NCBI GenBank assembly: GCA_965199495.1
Contig: CBDASK010000003.1
Location: 4,192,001 to 4,256,000, forward strand
DNA: 64,000 nt
Reading direction: 5' to 3'
Source of the DNA: Abditibacterium sp.
Lineage (GTDB): Bacteria > Armatimonadota > Abditibacteriia > Abditibacteriales > Abditibacteriaceae
Shown: piece after piece, positions 40,668 to 49,918 of the stretch
Numbering within the stretch: position 1 is the stretch's first letter
How the letters are laid out: the number at the start of each line of letters is the position of its first letter
Notes under the pieces: generated by a model
The model's database searches: none
Told to the model about the DNA's origin: nothing
What the model saw: the letters and a program-made list of their open reading frames with translations, nothing else
Translations under genes and position numbers: made by a program

Positions 40668-41471
40668 ATGCAATGCCCCTTCTGCTCTTACCAATTATCT
40701 GACTTCGAGGATGCCGCTCACTGCCCTAAATGTCATGGCAAAGGCATCCCGAAACCTACTATTGTGCCGCCACAGTCGCCACCCCATGTTCCCTATAATC
40801 CGACGATTCCCCACGCCCTAACTCCCATCAAACGCGGCCCCAACGCGTGGCTGATCTTGGCGATTGCCGGAGGCGTCTTCGCCTTCATCCTGGCGCTGCC
40901 CCTTCTGTTGGTTGGCGGATTGGTCGGAGTTGGCAGCCAAATCAAAGGGCAAATCGAGGCCGATAACAACGCCGCACTCTCCGCAAACTCGGCATTGCCC
41001 GCGCCGACCATAGCTCCAGTTGGGGCACCAGTCTTTGTCCCAACGCCGTTTTCAACTCCAACGAGTGCACTACCCAAAGCGCGGACTGTGGCACCTGCCG
41101 CCGATGAATCGTCGGGACTGCCTCAATTTGAGGCGGCGAGCGGCTGGGTTGTTTACGCGCGAAAGAGCATGGATGCCATTCGCTCGGCTCCCTCGTCGCA
41201 GATCGCATCGCTGCAGTATCTGGAATTGCTGAGTTTGGAACGCGACCTCGAAACCGAGAAGCAACGAGCCATTGCCGCGCGCCAGCCGGGTCGCGCCACA
41301 ACATTCGGTATCGTCGCCGAAGTGCCGCGCGCTCTGGCTGAAGCCGCCGATACCCGCGCCAAATTCCTGCGCGGAACCTTGGGCGAACGCGAATACCGCG
41401 CTTACATGAGCGGCTCAGACACCACGACCGACTTTGTGGCGCGTCAGGCCGATGGCCGAGCATCACGTTAG
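40668..41471 (+). CDS. Zinc-ribbon, single-TM membrane protein
   Basis: CPFC..CPKC, Pro-rich linker, TM helix. Confidence 0.65.
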   Translation: MQCPFCSYQLSDFEDAAHCPKCHGKGIPKPTIVPPQSPPHVPYNPTIPHALTPIKRGPNAWLILAIAGGVFAFILALPLLLVGGLVGVGSQIKGQIEADNNAALSANSALPAPTIAPVGAPVFVPTPFSTPTSALPKARTVAPAADESSGLPQFEAASGWVVYARKSMDAIRSAPSSQIASLQYLELLSLERDLETEKQRAIAARQPGRATTFGIVAEVPRALAEAADTRAKFLRGTLGEREYRAYMSGSDTTTDFVARQADGRASR

Positions 41472-41483
41472 AACCCAAAAAAA

Positions 41484-43325
41484 TCATCGCGCCGCCGCCT
41501 CGAACGATTTGCGACCAATGCTCTCTTCGAGCAGACCCAGCACATTGCTGCTCGACGCGCGCGCTTTTGCGGCATCTTCGACCTTGCGTAAAGCGCCCAC
41601 GATGTCCTTATTCCCCTTCTTCTGTTCCACAAGCAAATCTTTCATCGCCGCCGTGAATTCCGCTTCGCGCTGGTCTTTTGGCCCCAGCCATTGCTCGATC
41701 TCATCCAGCGCGCCACGGGCGCCACTGAACTTCGGGTCGGTAAACGCGCGCGCCTGTTTCAACCGATCTTCCATCGCGTCCGCAATTTTTCCGGCCTGTC
41801 CGCTTTTGCGAAAGGTCTCGATCTGGTCGGCAAAGTGCGTGGCCGGAAACGCCAGATAGCCCTTTTTCGCCTCGTTCATCGGGTCTTCGTAGGTGCGCGG
41901 CGCCAGCCCCATGATTTTACGCTCGGCAATGTCAACGGGGTTATACATTGCCAGGTTGTTCATCAGAGCCTTCACATACATTGCGCCAACAGCGAAGGTC
42001 TGCACGCCGCCCGTCAGCATATCGATGCCACGCCCGACGATGACGAAGAAATTCATAAAGCTGCTTTGGCCCGCCTCAAACGCGCGAAGGCCGTTCACGA
42101 TGCCGTCGCCGATAGAGTAGATGCCGTTCACGAACATCTCCGCCGCACTCAAACCCACCCGCGCGGCCCGCAAAAGCAAAAACGGAAATTCGACGTAGAG
42201 CCAGCGCGTTCCCGCCTGAATCGCGTTCGCAATTTTGCCCGAATTGGCTTCGAGATACGCCGTAGCTTTGTCCAATCCCTGTTCCATGGCCGGAAGCATC
42301 GAAGAGAGAAAACGCATCTTCACGGTCTCGGTGAACATCGAGACGCGGTTTTGCAGCAACGGGTATTCATCCGACAGGCGCCGAATCGCTTCGGGCGTGA
42401 CGCCCAGCGCGCCCTGAATGCGGCTCTGATACTTTTGCTCGCGCTCGATGATTTCGGGCCGCGTGTTTTGCAGTTGCAGCAGTTCGGGCGATGCCTGACC
42501 GCCCGACAGAGCATCGGCCATCGCGCGCCGCTGGAAGATGCTCATACTCTGCGACTTGCGAGCGAACTGGGCGGCAAACCGAGGATCAAGAGGATCGGGT
42601 AAGCCAAAGCTGCCCGCGATTTGCCGACCTATAGGGCCGCGCATAGAATCCGAACCCAGAAACGCGCTCGCGCCTTCTCCGCTCAGTCCGGCGGCGCGTA
42701 GCGACAGATAACCGCCCATCGCCTTACCTGTCGAGGCGCCGGTATTGTTGCGAATTGAGGTGATTTCGCGCGCGATGCGCGTCATCTCGCGCGTCAGACT
42801 GCTCATCACCTTCACGAACCCGAAAAGCACGCCCGAAACGAGCGCCAGCCCGCCCAGCAGAATGCCTCCGCCCAGCTTGACCGCCCCGCCGATGGCGCCG
42901 ATAACGCCACCCACCACGCGCGCAGCGACGCCCACGACAGCGACGCCCGCGCGCGCGACGCCGCCAGCCGCCATCGCGCCGACGCCGACGATGCCGCGCG
43001 AAGCGACTGCGTTGCGCAAAGCGGTGAGTGGATTGAGACTGCCAGTGGCGCCCTGACCGAACAACCGTTGGCGAATTGTCTGACGTGGCGGCGGAGGCGG
43101 TGGCGCAGGTGGAGGAAAAACGGTTTGATAATAACGAAGAAGCGAATTGAATCTCGCGCTTTCGACAGTATCGGCGGGGCGGTCGAACAACCTGCCACTG
43201 GGCAAACGAACGGTGACGATCCAGCGCCCCGACTGGTAGCGCCACGTATTATTGACGGTCTGGCGCCGCACCTCGCGCGTCGCAGCAGCGATGGCCTGGG
43301 GCGTCGGTTGCGAAGCGGGAGGCAT
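41484..43325 (-). CDS. Tape measure protein
   Basis: Ala/Gly-rich helical protein with hydrophobic stretches, directly after the tail chaperones. Confidence 0.7.
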   Translation of the reverse strand: MPPASQPTPQAIAAATREVRRQTVNNTWRYQSGRWIVTVRLPSGRLFDRPADTVESARFNSLLRYYQTVFPPPAPPPPPPRQTIRQRLFGQGATGSLNPLTALRNAVASRGIVGVGAMAAGGVARAGVAVVGVAARVVGGVIGAIGGAVKLGGGILLGGLALVSGVLFGFVKVMSSLTREMTRIAREITSIRNNTGASTGKAMGGYLSLRAAGLSGEGASAFLGSDSMRGPIGRQIAGSFGLPDPLDPRFAAQFARKSQSMSIFQRRAMADALSGGQASPELLQLQNTRPEIIEREQKYQSRIQGALGVTPEAIRRLSDEYPLLQNRVSMFTETVKMRFLSSMLPAMEQGLDKATAYLEANSGKIANAIQAGTRWLYVEFPFLLLRAARVGLSAAEMFVNGIYSIGDGIVNGLRAFEAGQSSFMNFFVIVGRGIDMLTGGVQTFAVGAMYVKALMNNLAMYNPVDIAERKIMGLAPRTYEDPMNEAKKGYLAFPATHFADQIETFRKSGQAGKIADAMEDRLKQARAFTDPKFSGARGALDEIEQWLGPKDQREAEFTAAMKDLLVEQKKGNKDIVGALRKVEDAAKARASSSNVLGLLEESIGRKSFEAAAR

Positions 43326-43571
43326 TTACGGTTTTCTCCAGATGTCAATTTGCGCTTTTTGGAGCGCGAGTTCGTAAGCGGCGCGGCTGGACGCGAAGAT
43401 CGCCATGCCCTCGCGCCAGCGCCGACTCTTGTTTTTGCCGTCAACGCTCGACTGCACGGCCTGAGCGCTCCAATAATCGCGCCACAGTTCGGCGAAAAAC
43501 GCTTCCTGTTCCGGCGTTCCGGTGGGGCCGCTCTCGCCTCTTAGAGCGCGAGCAAATCGTCGACTAAAAAA
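43326..43571 (-). CDS. Tail assembly chaperone -1 frameshift extension (gpT-like)
   Basis: Open -1 frame (FFSRRFARALRG...DIWRKP) entered at T TTT TTA, 43565-43571. Confidence 0.7.
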   Translation of the reverse strand, partial: FFSRRFARALRGESGPTGTPEQEAFFAELWRDYWSAQAVQSSVDGKNKSRRWREGMAIFASSRAAYELALQKAQIDIWRKP

Positions 43572-44131
43572 TCCGCGTCCTCGCGCCCGATGCCCGATTT
43601 CTCGATCACCCTCAGCATCACGAGCTGCTGGTCGTCGCCGTTGAGTTGGCCAAACGCTTTGACCGAAAATGGGCGCTCGTAATCCCATCCGGCGAGGGTC
43701 TTCTCGAACACCCAGCGCGCGATCATCGCGTTTTCTTGCTGAGCGTTGCGATAACCCTGCTGCAATCGCTGGCGCAGCGCCACGGCCTCGTCGTGTTTGC
43801 CTTCTGTATCAAGCTCCTGCGCGCGTGGCTCTTCCAGAGCGGGCGCGCGCATGGCGGCGACGACGGCCTTGCAACGAGTCACAAACTCGCCGTATGTCTC
43901 GTCATCCATCTCGCGCGCATAAACCACGCCGCCGGTCGTCGGCACCTCAAAGGTGTAAACATTCGCGCCCTGCTCATCACGAAAAGCGGCTCTACGCAAA
44001 CCGGCGGGGACAAACGTTTGTTCGACGAGAGTGCCATCAGCAGTGAGTTCGGCTTCGGGCACTTCGGTTGGGGCTTTCGCCACGGGGGCTTTGCGAGTTC
44101 TGGGATTGGAATTAGGTTTGGACATGATCAA
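43541..44131 (-). CDS. Tail assembly chaperone (gpG-like)
   Basis: Between tail tube and tape measure; LAGWD motif; slippery site near the 3' end. Confidence 0.72.
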   Translation of the reverse strand: MIMSKPNSNPRTRKAPVAKAPTEVPEAELTADGTLVEQTFVPAGLRRAAFRDEQGANVYTFEVPTTGGVVYAREMDDETYGEFVTRCKAVVAAMRAPALEEPRAQELDTEGKHDEAVALRQRLQQGYRNAQQENAMIARWVFEKTLAGWDYERPFSVKAFGQLNGDDQQLVMLRVIEKSGIGREDADFLVDDLLAL

Positions 44132-45075
44132 ATCAAAGTGAGTTCGAGCGAATCGGCAGTAAAAGGCACGGAAAAATCGAGTTCGCCGTTGCTTTCAACG
44201 CCCTGCATCGTTTCGTCAGAAGGAAACGGGCCGTGAATCGTCAACTCGAAACCTTTGTTTGCTTCGACATCGCTGCATCCGACGACGATGCTCTCCCAAT
44301 CCTGCGCTAAAACAGAACCATCAAACAGCGCCTTGGCCAAGCGCGCATGAAGCGACATTTCGCCGTCAACTTTTTGCTGATGATCCATCAGTTCAAACGC
44401 AGTGATAGAAGACGGCGCGTTGTCGCCGTAAAAAGGCGTGTTACTTTTGGCCTCGACGGAATAATCTGCCTTAGCTGTAAGGTTAATCAGATAGCGGCGG
44501 TAATTTTTGACCGCGCCAGTGCTGTCGGTCAAGTTGCACTTTTTCACGTCGTGCCACATCAAAGGCGTGCCCAGCGCGCGCAATTGGGCCGGAGTGACAA
44601 CCAGAGCACCTATCTCCTGCCGCTCAATCGCCATGAAGTTGGCGGTGACGTTGAGTTCGCCGCCGCCATCGGCGCTCCCGCCAAAATTGAAATCAACCGA
44701 ACCGGGCTTGCAGTGACGGTAAACGATGGTATATTGGCCTTTGACGACGACGAAAATCGCCAGATAAGGCAACTTGCCATTGGCATCTGGGAACAACTGC
44801 GCCAGAGCAGCCACGTTGCCGGGCCGAACGGCGACCGTGATCGTCGGCTTGCGCATCCCGCGCTTATTATAGGCCGCACCCTGTTGGCCGACGGCGTAAC
44901 CCTTGGAGTTGTTGAGTCCGCGATTGTTTTGCGGAGAATCGGTATAGCCCAGCACGACTGGCGACGAAGGCACCGACGGATAGGCCGCCATCGTGCCGTC
45001 GTCGAGCAGGTCGGGCGGCGGCGCGGTTTCAATCGCGTAAAGCACAGCAACGTCGTGCGCAGGAATAAATGGCAT
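44128..45075 (-). CDS. Major tail tube protein
   Basis: Size, beta-rich composition and position; C-terminal ELDFSVPFTA. Confidence 0.65.
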   Translation of the reverse strand: MPFIPAHDVAVLYAIETAPPPDLLDDGTMAAYPSVPSSPVVLGYTDSPQNNRGLNNSKGYAVGQQGAAYNKRGMRKPTITVAVRPGNVAALAQLFPDANGKLPYLAIFVVVKGQYTIVYRHCKPGSVDFNFGGSADGGGELNVTANFMAIERQEIGALVVTPAQLRALGTPLMWHDVKKCNLTDSTGAVKNYRRYLINLTAKADYSVEAKSNTPFYGDNAPSSITAFELMDHQQKVDGEMSLHARLAKALFDGSVLAQDWESIVVGCSDVEANKGFELTIHGPFPSDETMQGVESNGELDFSVPFTADSLELTLI

Positions 45076-45080
45076 AAAAG

Positions 45081-45644
45081 TTAGTCCTCAAGTTCGTTCA
45101 TTGACGGCGATTGAATCATCCGAAAAGTGGCAACGGTGCAACTGTAGTTTTTGAAGCGGTCGCCCTTGTCAATCGAAATGCCCGTCGGCACCAGCGACTT
45201 CCAAACACTCTGATCGTTCTCGTCGGTGCATCCGCTCAGAAATGGATACAGACATTGCCGAATGACCTCAGCTTTAGCCCAACTCTGGCGCACCTGTTGA
45301 TTGCCGATGATGCGCCCGTCCACACAGAACACGCGAACCGTGACCCTGTTGCGAAACACGCCGCCAATGCCTTCGGATTCGGTCATGACCTCGAAATCCA
45401 CCAACACCGCGCCGATATGGTCATTGCTCAAATCGGCGGGCGCGATGTCGATTTCTTTGGCATTCGCTGGCGCAATCGCCCGATTGCCCGTCCAGCCTTT
45501 GCGCGTGTTTTTGTCGGCGATGGCACCGGGCAACATCTCGCGCAAACGAGCGACGAGTTCGTCTTGCGCGGCGCCGGTATCACCGTTGACGAGTTCATCG
45601 GCTTCGCGTAATTCTTCGAGGGTGGGCGTAGGTGTGCGTGGCAT
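45081..45644 (-). CDS. Putative tail terminator/completion protein
   Basis: Position upstream of the tail tube gene. Confidence 0.5.
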   Translation of the reverse strand: MPRTPTPTLEELREADELVNGDTGAAQDELVARLREMLPGAIADKNTRKGWTGNRAIAPANAKEIDIAPADLSNDHIGAVLVDFEVMTESEGIGGVFRNRVTVRVFCVDGRIIGNQQVRQSWAKAEVIRQCLYPFLSGCTDENDQSVWKSLVPTGISIDKGDRFKNYSCTVATFRMIQSPSMNELED

Positions 45645-45814
45645 CAGTCAGATTTCGCGCCCTTGCGCGGCGTTTTCTTTTCGACTTCCTCTTCGTCGTT
45701 GTCGGGTTTGGGCGGTTTGGGTTGCAGTTCGTCGGGCACTTTGACAACAGCGCCACCCAGTTCGGTGTCGAAGTCGATTTCTTGCGAGCCGACTTTACGT
45801 TTTTCAATAGCCAT
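45644..45814 (-). CDS. Small phage protein (56 aa, not in ORF track)
   Basis: Manual translation MAIEKRKVGSQEIDFDTELGGAVVKVPDELQPKPP...GAKSD; TGATG overlap with the next gene. Confidence 0.6.
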   Translation of the reverse strand: MAIEKRKVGSQEIDFDTELGGAVVKVPDELQPKPPKPDNDEEEVEKKTPRKGAKSD

Positions 45815-45816
45815 AA

Positions 45817-46110
45817 TTATTTGCTCAGGTGCTGCGAAATCGTTGGATATTCGCTGTGCGCGTCGAAGTCAACTCCGCGCCATTTGTCCAACATCTGATG
45901 GAAGGTTGGTTGAGGAAGAGAGTTGAGGAGATTGAGATACGGAGATGAGCCGTCGCCATTCATGATTTGCCTATCTATTTCGGCGTAATGGGATTCGAGG
46001 GCGATACATAGTCGCTCGTTTATATAGTCACGAACGAGGTCGCCTATTTCAACATCATCGTCAAAAATATTTATTTCGGCGCCAGAAAAAGGTAAAAGCA
46101 TTTTCGTCAT
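45817..46110 (-). CDS. Hypothetical protein (lower GC)
   Basis: 97 aa ORF coupled to its neighbours. Confidence 0.5.
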   Translation of the reverse strand: MTKMLLPFSGAEINIFDDDVEIGDLVRDYINERLCIALESHYAEIDRQIMNGDGSSPYLNLLNSLPQPTFHQMLDKWRGVDFDAHSEYPTISQHLSK

Positions 46111-46769
46111 GATTTGCGATTCTCCAGAGTCAAAATGCCGCGTTGCGGTAGCCGTTTTTCATCCGAACCAAACGGTGGCGTTTTATCAGAAATATCCAAA
46201 AATACGAATTGAGGATGGCGACGATAAGTAATGCGACACAGAAGCGGCGGGGCGCCGATCCATCGCACAAAAGAGCGTCCGTCGTCTTCGACTTCGAGCG
46301 TTGCCTCTCCCTCACTGACCGAAAGCAGTTCGACTGCGCGAAAATAATCCAACTCATCGCGATGCTCGCCTGATGGAATGAAAGCTTTGCGCGCCAACAC
46401 GCGCCGATCAATCAAGATCACGCGATCACCGCGCGCCAGCTCGACTTCATCGGGCAGACAGGCGATGCTGGTCTGCCCCTGCGAAATCAAACCGAACTCG
46501 GCATCGAAAACGGCGCGCTCAGTTGAACTAATCGCTACGCGCACGCTCTCGCCCAACTCGCTCTCGACATACAAATTGCCATCGCGCTCGACAGTCTCGC
46601 TATTTGGCCCCACCATCTCTTCGGGTGCGTTCGGGAAACAGGCGAAGTGCCGGATGCGCTCGCAGTGCTGACCGAACTGCTCACGATAATCCTCCGAGGT
46701 GATGCCCGCCGCTTCTGGCGTTTCTGCGTAGGGCAACGCGGCCAATTGTGCTTCGGTGAGATTCGTCAT
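46107..46769 (-). CDS. Putative head closure/stopper protein
   Basis: Position after the connector; ATGA overlap. Confidence 0.55.
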   Translation of the reverse strand: MTNLTEAQLAALPYAETPEAAGITSEDYREQFGQHCERIRHFACFPNAPEEMVGPNSETVERDGNLYVESELGESVRVAISSTERAVFDAEFGLISQGQTSIACLPDEVELARGDRVILIDRRVLARKAFIPSGEHRDELDYFRAVELLSVSEGEATLEVEDDGRSFVRWIGAPPLLCRITYRRHPQFVFLDISDKTPPFGSDEKRLPQRGILTLENRKS

Positions 46770-47425
46770 TGCGCGCTCGTCCTCGTATAAAGCTCCGCCA
46801 TCGTCTTGAAATTTTTCCCCCACTCCGACAATAAATTTTGCTGTGTGATCGTTCCAACGGTATCGAAGGCTTTGGAAAATCCGTCAATCGAAAGCGACGC
46901 GATGTTTTGCAGATTTTCGACGCTGGTGAGCGCCACCAACTTCGCCGCCGACAGGATCGTGTTGTAAACGTCGTCGGGCAATTCCGAACAAAAGCCCCAT
47001 CGCCCGCTCACCATGATCTGGCCGGGCAGGGAACTATGGGGCAGGGGCCGCACAAAGCGAATCGCTGTGTAAGGCGGCTCATAGGCCAGATCATCGGGGT
47101 CGGCACTCGCCAGCAAAAAGTAATCTTTGCCCGCGACCAATTCTCTCACGCCGTAACCGATGCTCGTTAATTCCTGAGCCGCTGCGCGCAAGTCCAAGAT
47201 GCCGTCCAAATCGGTGCGATTGAATGGACGCGCTTGAATCGGCGCGTTAGGCGGCATCAGGAACGGTTTCCAGCCGGTGCGCTTCTCCCACTCGGCGACC
47301 GCTCCCGCCGCGCCGATCTGCGCCTGAGACTGCGCCAGCATCTGGGCGTTTTCATCGCTTGGCCAGAACTTGCTCGAACGAAGCGAGACTTCGACAGAGA
47401 GCGCGGTCGGATAGGTGAGTGCCAT
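46766..47425 (-). CDS. Head-tail connector/adaptor protein
   Basis: EWEKRTGW, IMVSGRWGF..LPDDV pattern typical of adaptors. Confidence 0.65.
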   Translation of the reverse strand: MALTYPTALSVEVSLRSSKFWPSDENAQMLAQSQAQIGAAGAVAEWEKRTGWKPFLMPPNAPIQARPFNRTDLDGILDLRAAAQELTSIGYGVRELVAGKDYFLLASADPDDLAYEPPYTAIRFVRPLPHSSLPGQIMVSGRWGFCSELPDDVYNTILSAAKLVALTSVENLQNIASLSIDGFSKAFDTVGTITQQNLLSEWGKNFKTMAELYTRTSAQ

Positions 47426-47460
47426 AGCTTGCTGAGATCGCGGGTAAATTGCGAAAACCT

Positions 47461-47547
47461 TCAGTCTGCGATTTTTCGCAGACTGACCAGAATGCTTGAG
47501 CGGATCAGTGTCTAACTGAATTGGCCTTCAATTCAGTTAGACACTGA
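47461..47547. other. Two perfect hairpins (11-bp and 19-bp stems)
   Basis: 47461-47486 and 47505-47547. Confidence 0.75.
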
Positions 47548-47551
47548 AAGA

Positions 47552-48154
47552 TTACTCCACGGGTTCGGTCTTCCCCAAGAAGTCCCGAATCTCTTTGATG
47601 GTGGTTTCGCCGATGCCAGCGATGGCGTCGAGTTCGGTGTCGGTTTTGGTCGCCAGAATGTCGCGCGAGACGATGCCCGCGCCAAACAACTTGTCGGCCA
47701 CGCCCTTGCCCAATCCAACGGACAGAAGCTGCTGTTCGGGCGAAAGCACGGACGGTTCGTCGCCGTTTAGTAGCGGCGGAGGTGGAGGTGGAGGTGGAGG
47801 TGGCGAGCCGGGAACGTTCGGAGCGGTAGCGTCCAATCCGGTGGCGCCGAGTTCGGCGAGAGTTTTGGCGCCCGCCGAGGTGGCAATTGCGCCACGTTCT
47901 GGCACAACGCCCGCCGCGCGCAAACGCGCCAATTTCTCTTCGGGCGATTCTTCGTCGTCGGGCGATATTGGCACGGCCACGCCATCAACCGAAAGGTGAG
48001 CCATGCCGTCCACGAAGTAGGGATCGCGCGCGGCGCGGGCGCGCACGCTCTCGATGAACTTCTCGTAGCCTTCTTCGGCGTCGTCCACCGTATAGGCCAC
48101 GCCGGGCGCATCGCGGTCAACGAGTTGACCGTCCTTGGTAAGTCCTTTGATCAT
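47552..48154 (-). CDS. Phage protein with C-terminal helix-hairpin-helix domain
   Basis: GLGKGVADKLFGAG..ELDAIAGIGETTIKEI; poly-Pro linker. Confidence 0.7.
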   Translation of the reverse strand: MIKGLTKDGQLVDRDAPGVAYTVDDAEEGYEKFIESVRARAARDPYFVDGMAHLSVDGVAVPISPDDEESPEEKLARLRAAGVVPERGAIATSAGAKTLAELGATGLDATAPNVPGSPPPPPPPPPPLLNGDEPSVLSPEQQLLSVGLGKGVADKLFGAGIVSRDILATKTDTELDAIAGIGETTIKEIRDFLGKTEPVE

Positions 48155-48163
48155 GATGATTCC

Positions 48164-48376
48164 TTAACTGTCGTCTTCGTCATCGTCTTCTTCGTCCTCC
48201 GAGGCGAAGTGCGGGTTCTCTTTGGCCAATTTCTCGGCTCCGTTACGAATCACTTCGGTGAACTGTTCGTTGGTCGGATCGCCGGGCGAGACCTGATACA
48301 GGCTGCCCGGCGCATGCGCCTTGACTTCGTTGCCCCGAATGTCGAGGCCGTGCGGAATTTTGTCTCTTTTTGCCAT
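48164..48376 (-). CDS. Small acidic phage protein
   Basis: ORF after the capsid gene. Confidence 0.55.
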   Translation of the reverse strand: MAKRDKIPHGLDIRGNEVKAHAPGSLYQVSPGDPTNEQFTEVIRNGAEKLAKENPHFASEDEEDDDEDDS

Positions 48377-48404
48377 AGAAATGAAAGTTGTGTCGAGTAA
48401 CAGA

Positions 48405-48436
48405 TCATACCCGGTCAGAATTCTGACCGGGTATGA
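48405..48436. other. Perfect 32-bp palindrome after the capsid gene
   Basis: tcatacccggtcagaattctgaccgggtatga. Confidence 0.8.
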
Positions 48437-48445
48437 CACGTTAGG

Positions 48446-49855
48446 TTAGTTGGTGCCGACAAAGGCGATTTTGGAAATCGCTTGTGGCCTATAAACTGGA
48501 AACGCAAATCGCTCTTCAGCCCTGACTGTCACCAAATTTCGCACGTAATCGTCGTCGTTGGTATTGGTCATATCGACCGAGATGCCCTTGCGACGGAAAA
48601 TCTGGCACGCCAGGTTCCATGCCGCCACGACGCCAACGTTGAGGCCAACGCGCGTGGTCGGCACGAGCGGGTAGCCCCACAACGAAGTCGGGCCGTTGTT
48701 ATCGGTCGGACTGCCCAGCAGATACAACCCGCGCCCCACGCCACCGGCGGCGTCGCCGGTATTGGTGCGCAGCAAGCGCATGTTCATCCACTTGAACGCG
48801 TTGAGCACAACGCCCGTGGGCTCGAAGAACGACTCGAACTGCACGCGCGTTCCGGCGCGCAGAATCGCGTCGATGGCGCTGTCGTTGGCGATGGCCGTCG
48901 TCTCGTCCACGTCGAAGCCCTGCGTGTGCGTCAGGATGCCGGTCGTGTTGAGCACGCCGCGAATGTTGGCGCCAACGCCCGTGCCGTTGAGCAACTGGTT
49001 GTCTTCCTCGATCTCAACCATGAAGGGCAGACGCTGGTTGATGTAATCGCGCATCGCCGGAAAGTCCTCCATCAACTCCTCGGTCATCTTGGTAAAGACC
49101 GCGATTTTCTTCACCTGCGCGTCGGCTTCCAGCACGCTCCACGAAGCTTCGGGCTTGAGCGCGCCCTCGGCGGTCGCGGCGGCGGCGGGCGTGAACGCGA
49201 CTTCGCGCACGTAGCGGATCGTCGGCATCGAAGTTTCGCCCTGCGGAATCAGATCGGCGACGCGCGGAATCTGCACGCCCTGCAAAACGATGCCGGGCAC
49301 GCGGTCGTAACCGGTCAGGCCCGCCGAAGCGAAGACCGCTTTGATCTCGTTCTCGCTCATGCCGTCGAACGCCTCGCGGACTTGGCCCTGGCCACGAGTG
49401 TTCAAGAAGCCTTCTTTGAGCGACTTGAATTCGTCGAACTGCATGCCGACGCTTTTCTTTTTGTTGCCGTCGTCGCCCGGCTCCAAAAACGTTTTGACGG
49501 CTTCGTTGCCCGCGATCATTTCGCCCAGCGCGCGGCGGTGGCCCAAATCAATCTGGTTGCCCAGAGGCGAGTTGGCGGCGTCGCGCATCGAGAACGGCAC
49601 GGACGAACGGGGCGCGTTGAGCGCCTTGAGTTCTTCTTCGTTGGCGAGTTCGGCCTGCACCAAAACTTCTTCGGTCTTGACTTCCTCGTGCAGCTTGACC
49701 ATGTCCGGCTCGGCCTTTTTGATGGCTTCGAGGATGTCGTGTTTGGCGCTATCGTCGATCTGGGGATTGCGCGCTTTCTTGAAGCGCACGTCCTGCTCCT
49801 GACGGAGATCGAACAGCTTGCGCTTTTTTTCTTGGAGGGATGCGGTAATTGGCAT
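48446..49855 (-). CDS. Major capsid protein, HK97 family
   Basis: N-terminal coiled-coil delta domain, AEGALKPE, KKIAVF..MTEELMED, EDNQLLNGTG, RNLVTVRAEER. Confidence 0.95.
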   Translation of the reverse strand: MPITASLQEKKRKLFDLRQEQDVRFKKARNPQIDDSAKHDILEAIKKAEPDMVKLHEEVKTEEVLVQAELANEEELKALNAPRSSVPFSMRDAANSPLGNQIDLGHRRALGEMIAGNEAVKTFLEPGDDGNKKKSVGMQFDEFKSLKEGFLNTRGQGQVREAFDGMSENEIKAVFASAGLTGYDRVPGIVLQGVQIPRVADLIPQGETSMPTIRYVREVAFTPAAAATAEGALKPEASWSVLEADAQVKKIAVFTKMTEELMEDFPAMRDYINQRLPFMVEIEEDNQLLNGTGVGANIRGVLNTTGILTHTQGFDVDETTAIANDSAIDAILRAGTRVQFESFFEPTGVVLNAFKWMNMRLLRTNTGDAAGGVGRGLYLLGSPTDNNGPTSLWGYPLVPTTRVGLNVGVVAAWNLACQIFRRKGISVDMTNTNDDDYVRNLVTVRAEERFAFPVYRPQAISKIAFVGTN

Positions 49856-49918
49856 GTGCTTGAATATTGAGTGCCACTCCTGGCACGGGTCGGATGCAGT
49901 CGCGTTGGTCGGTTGACG

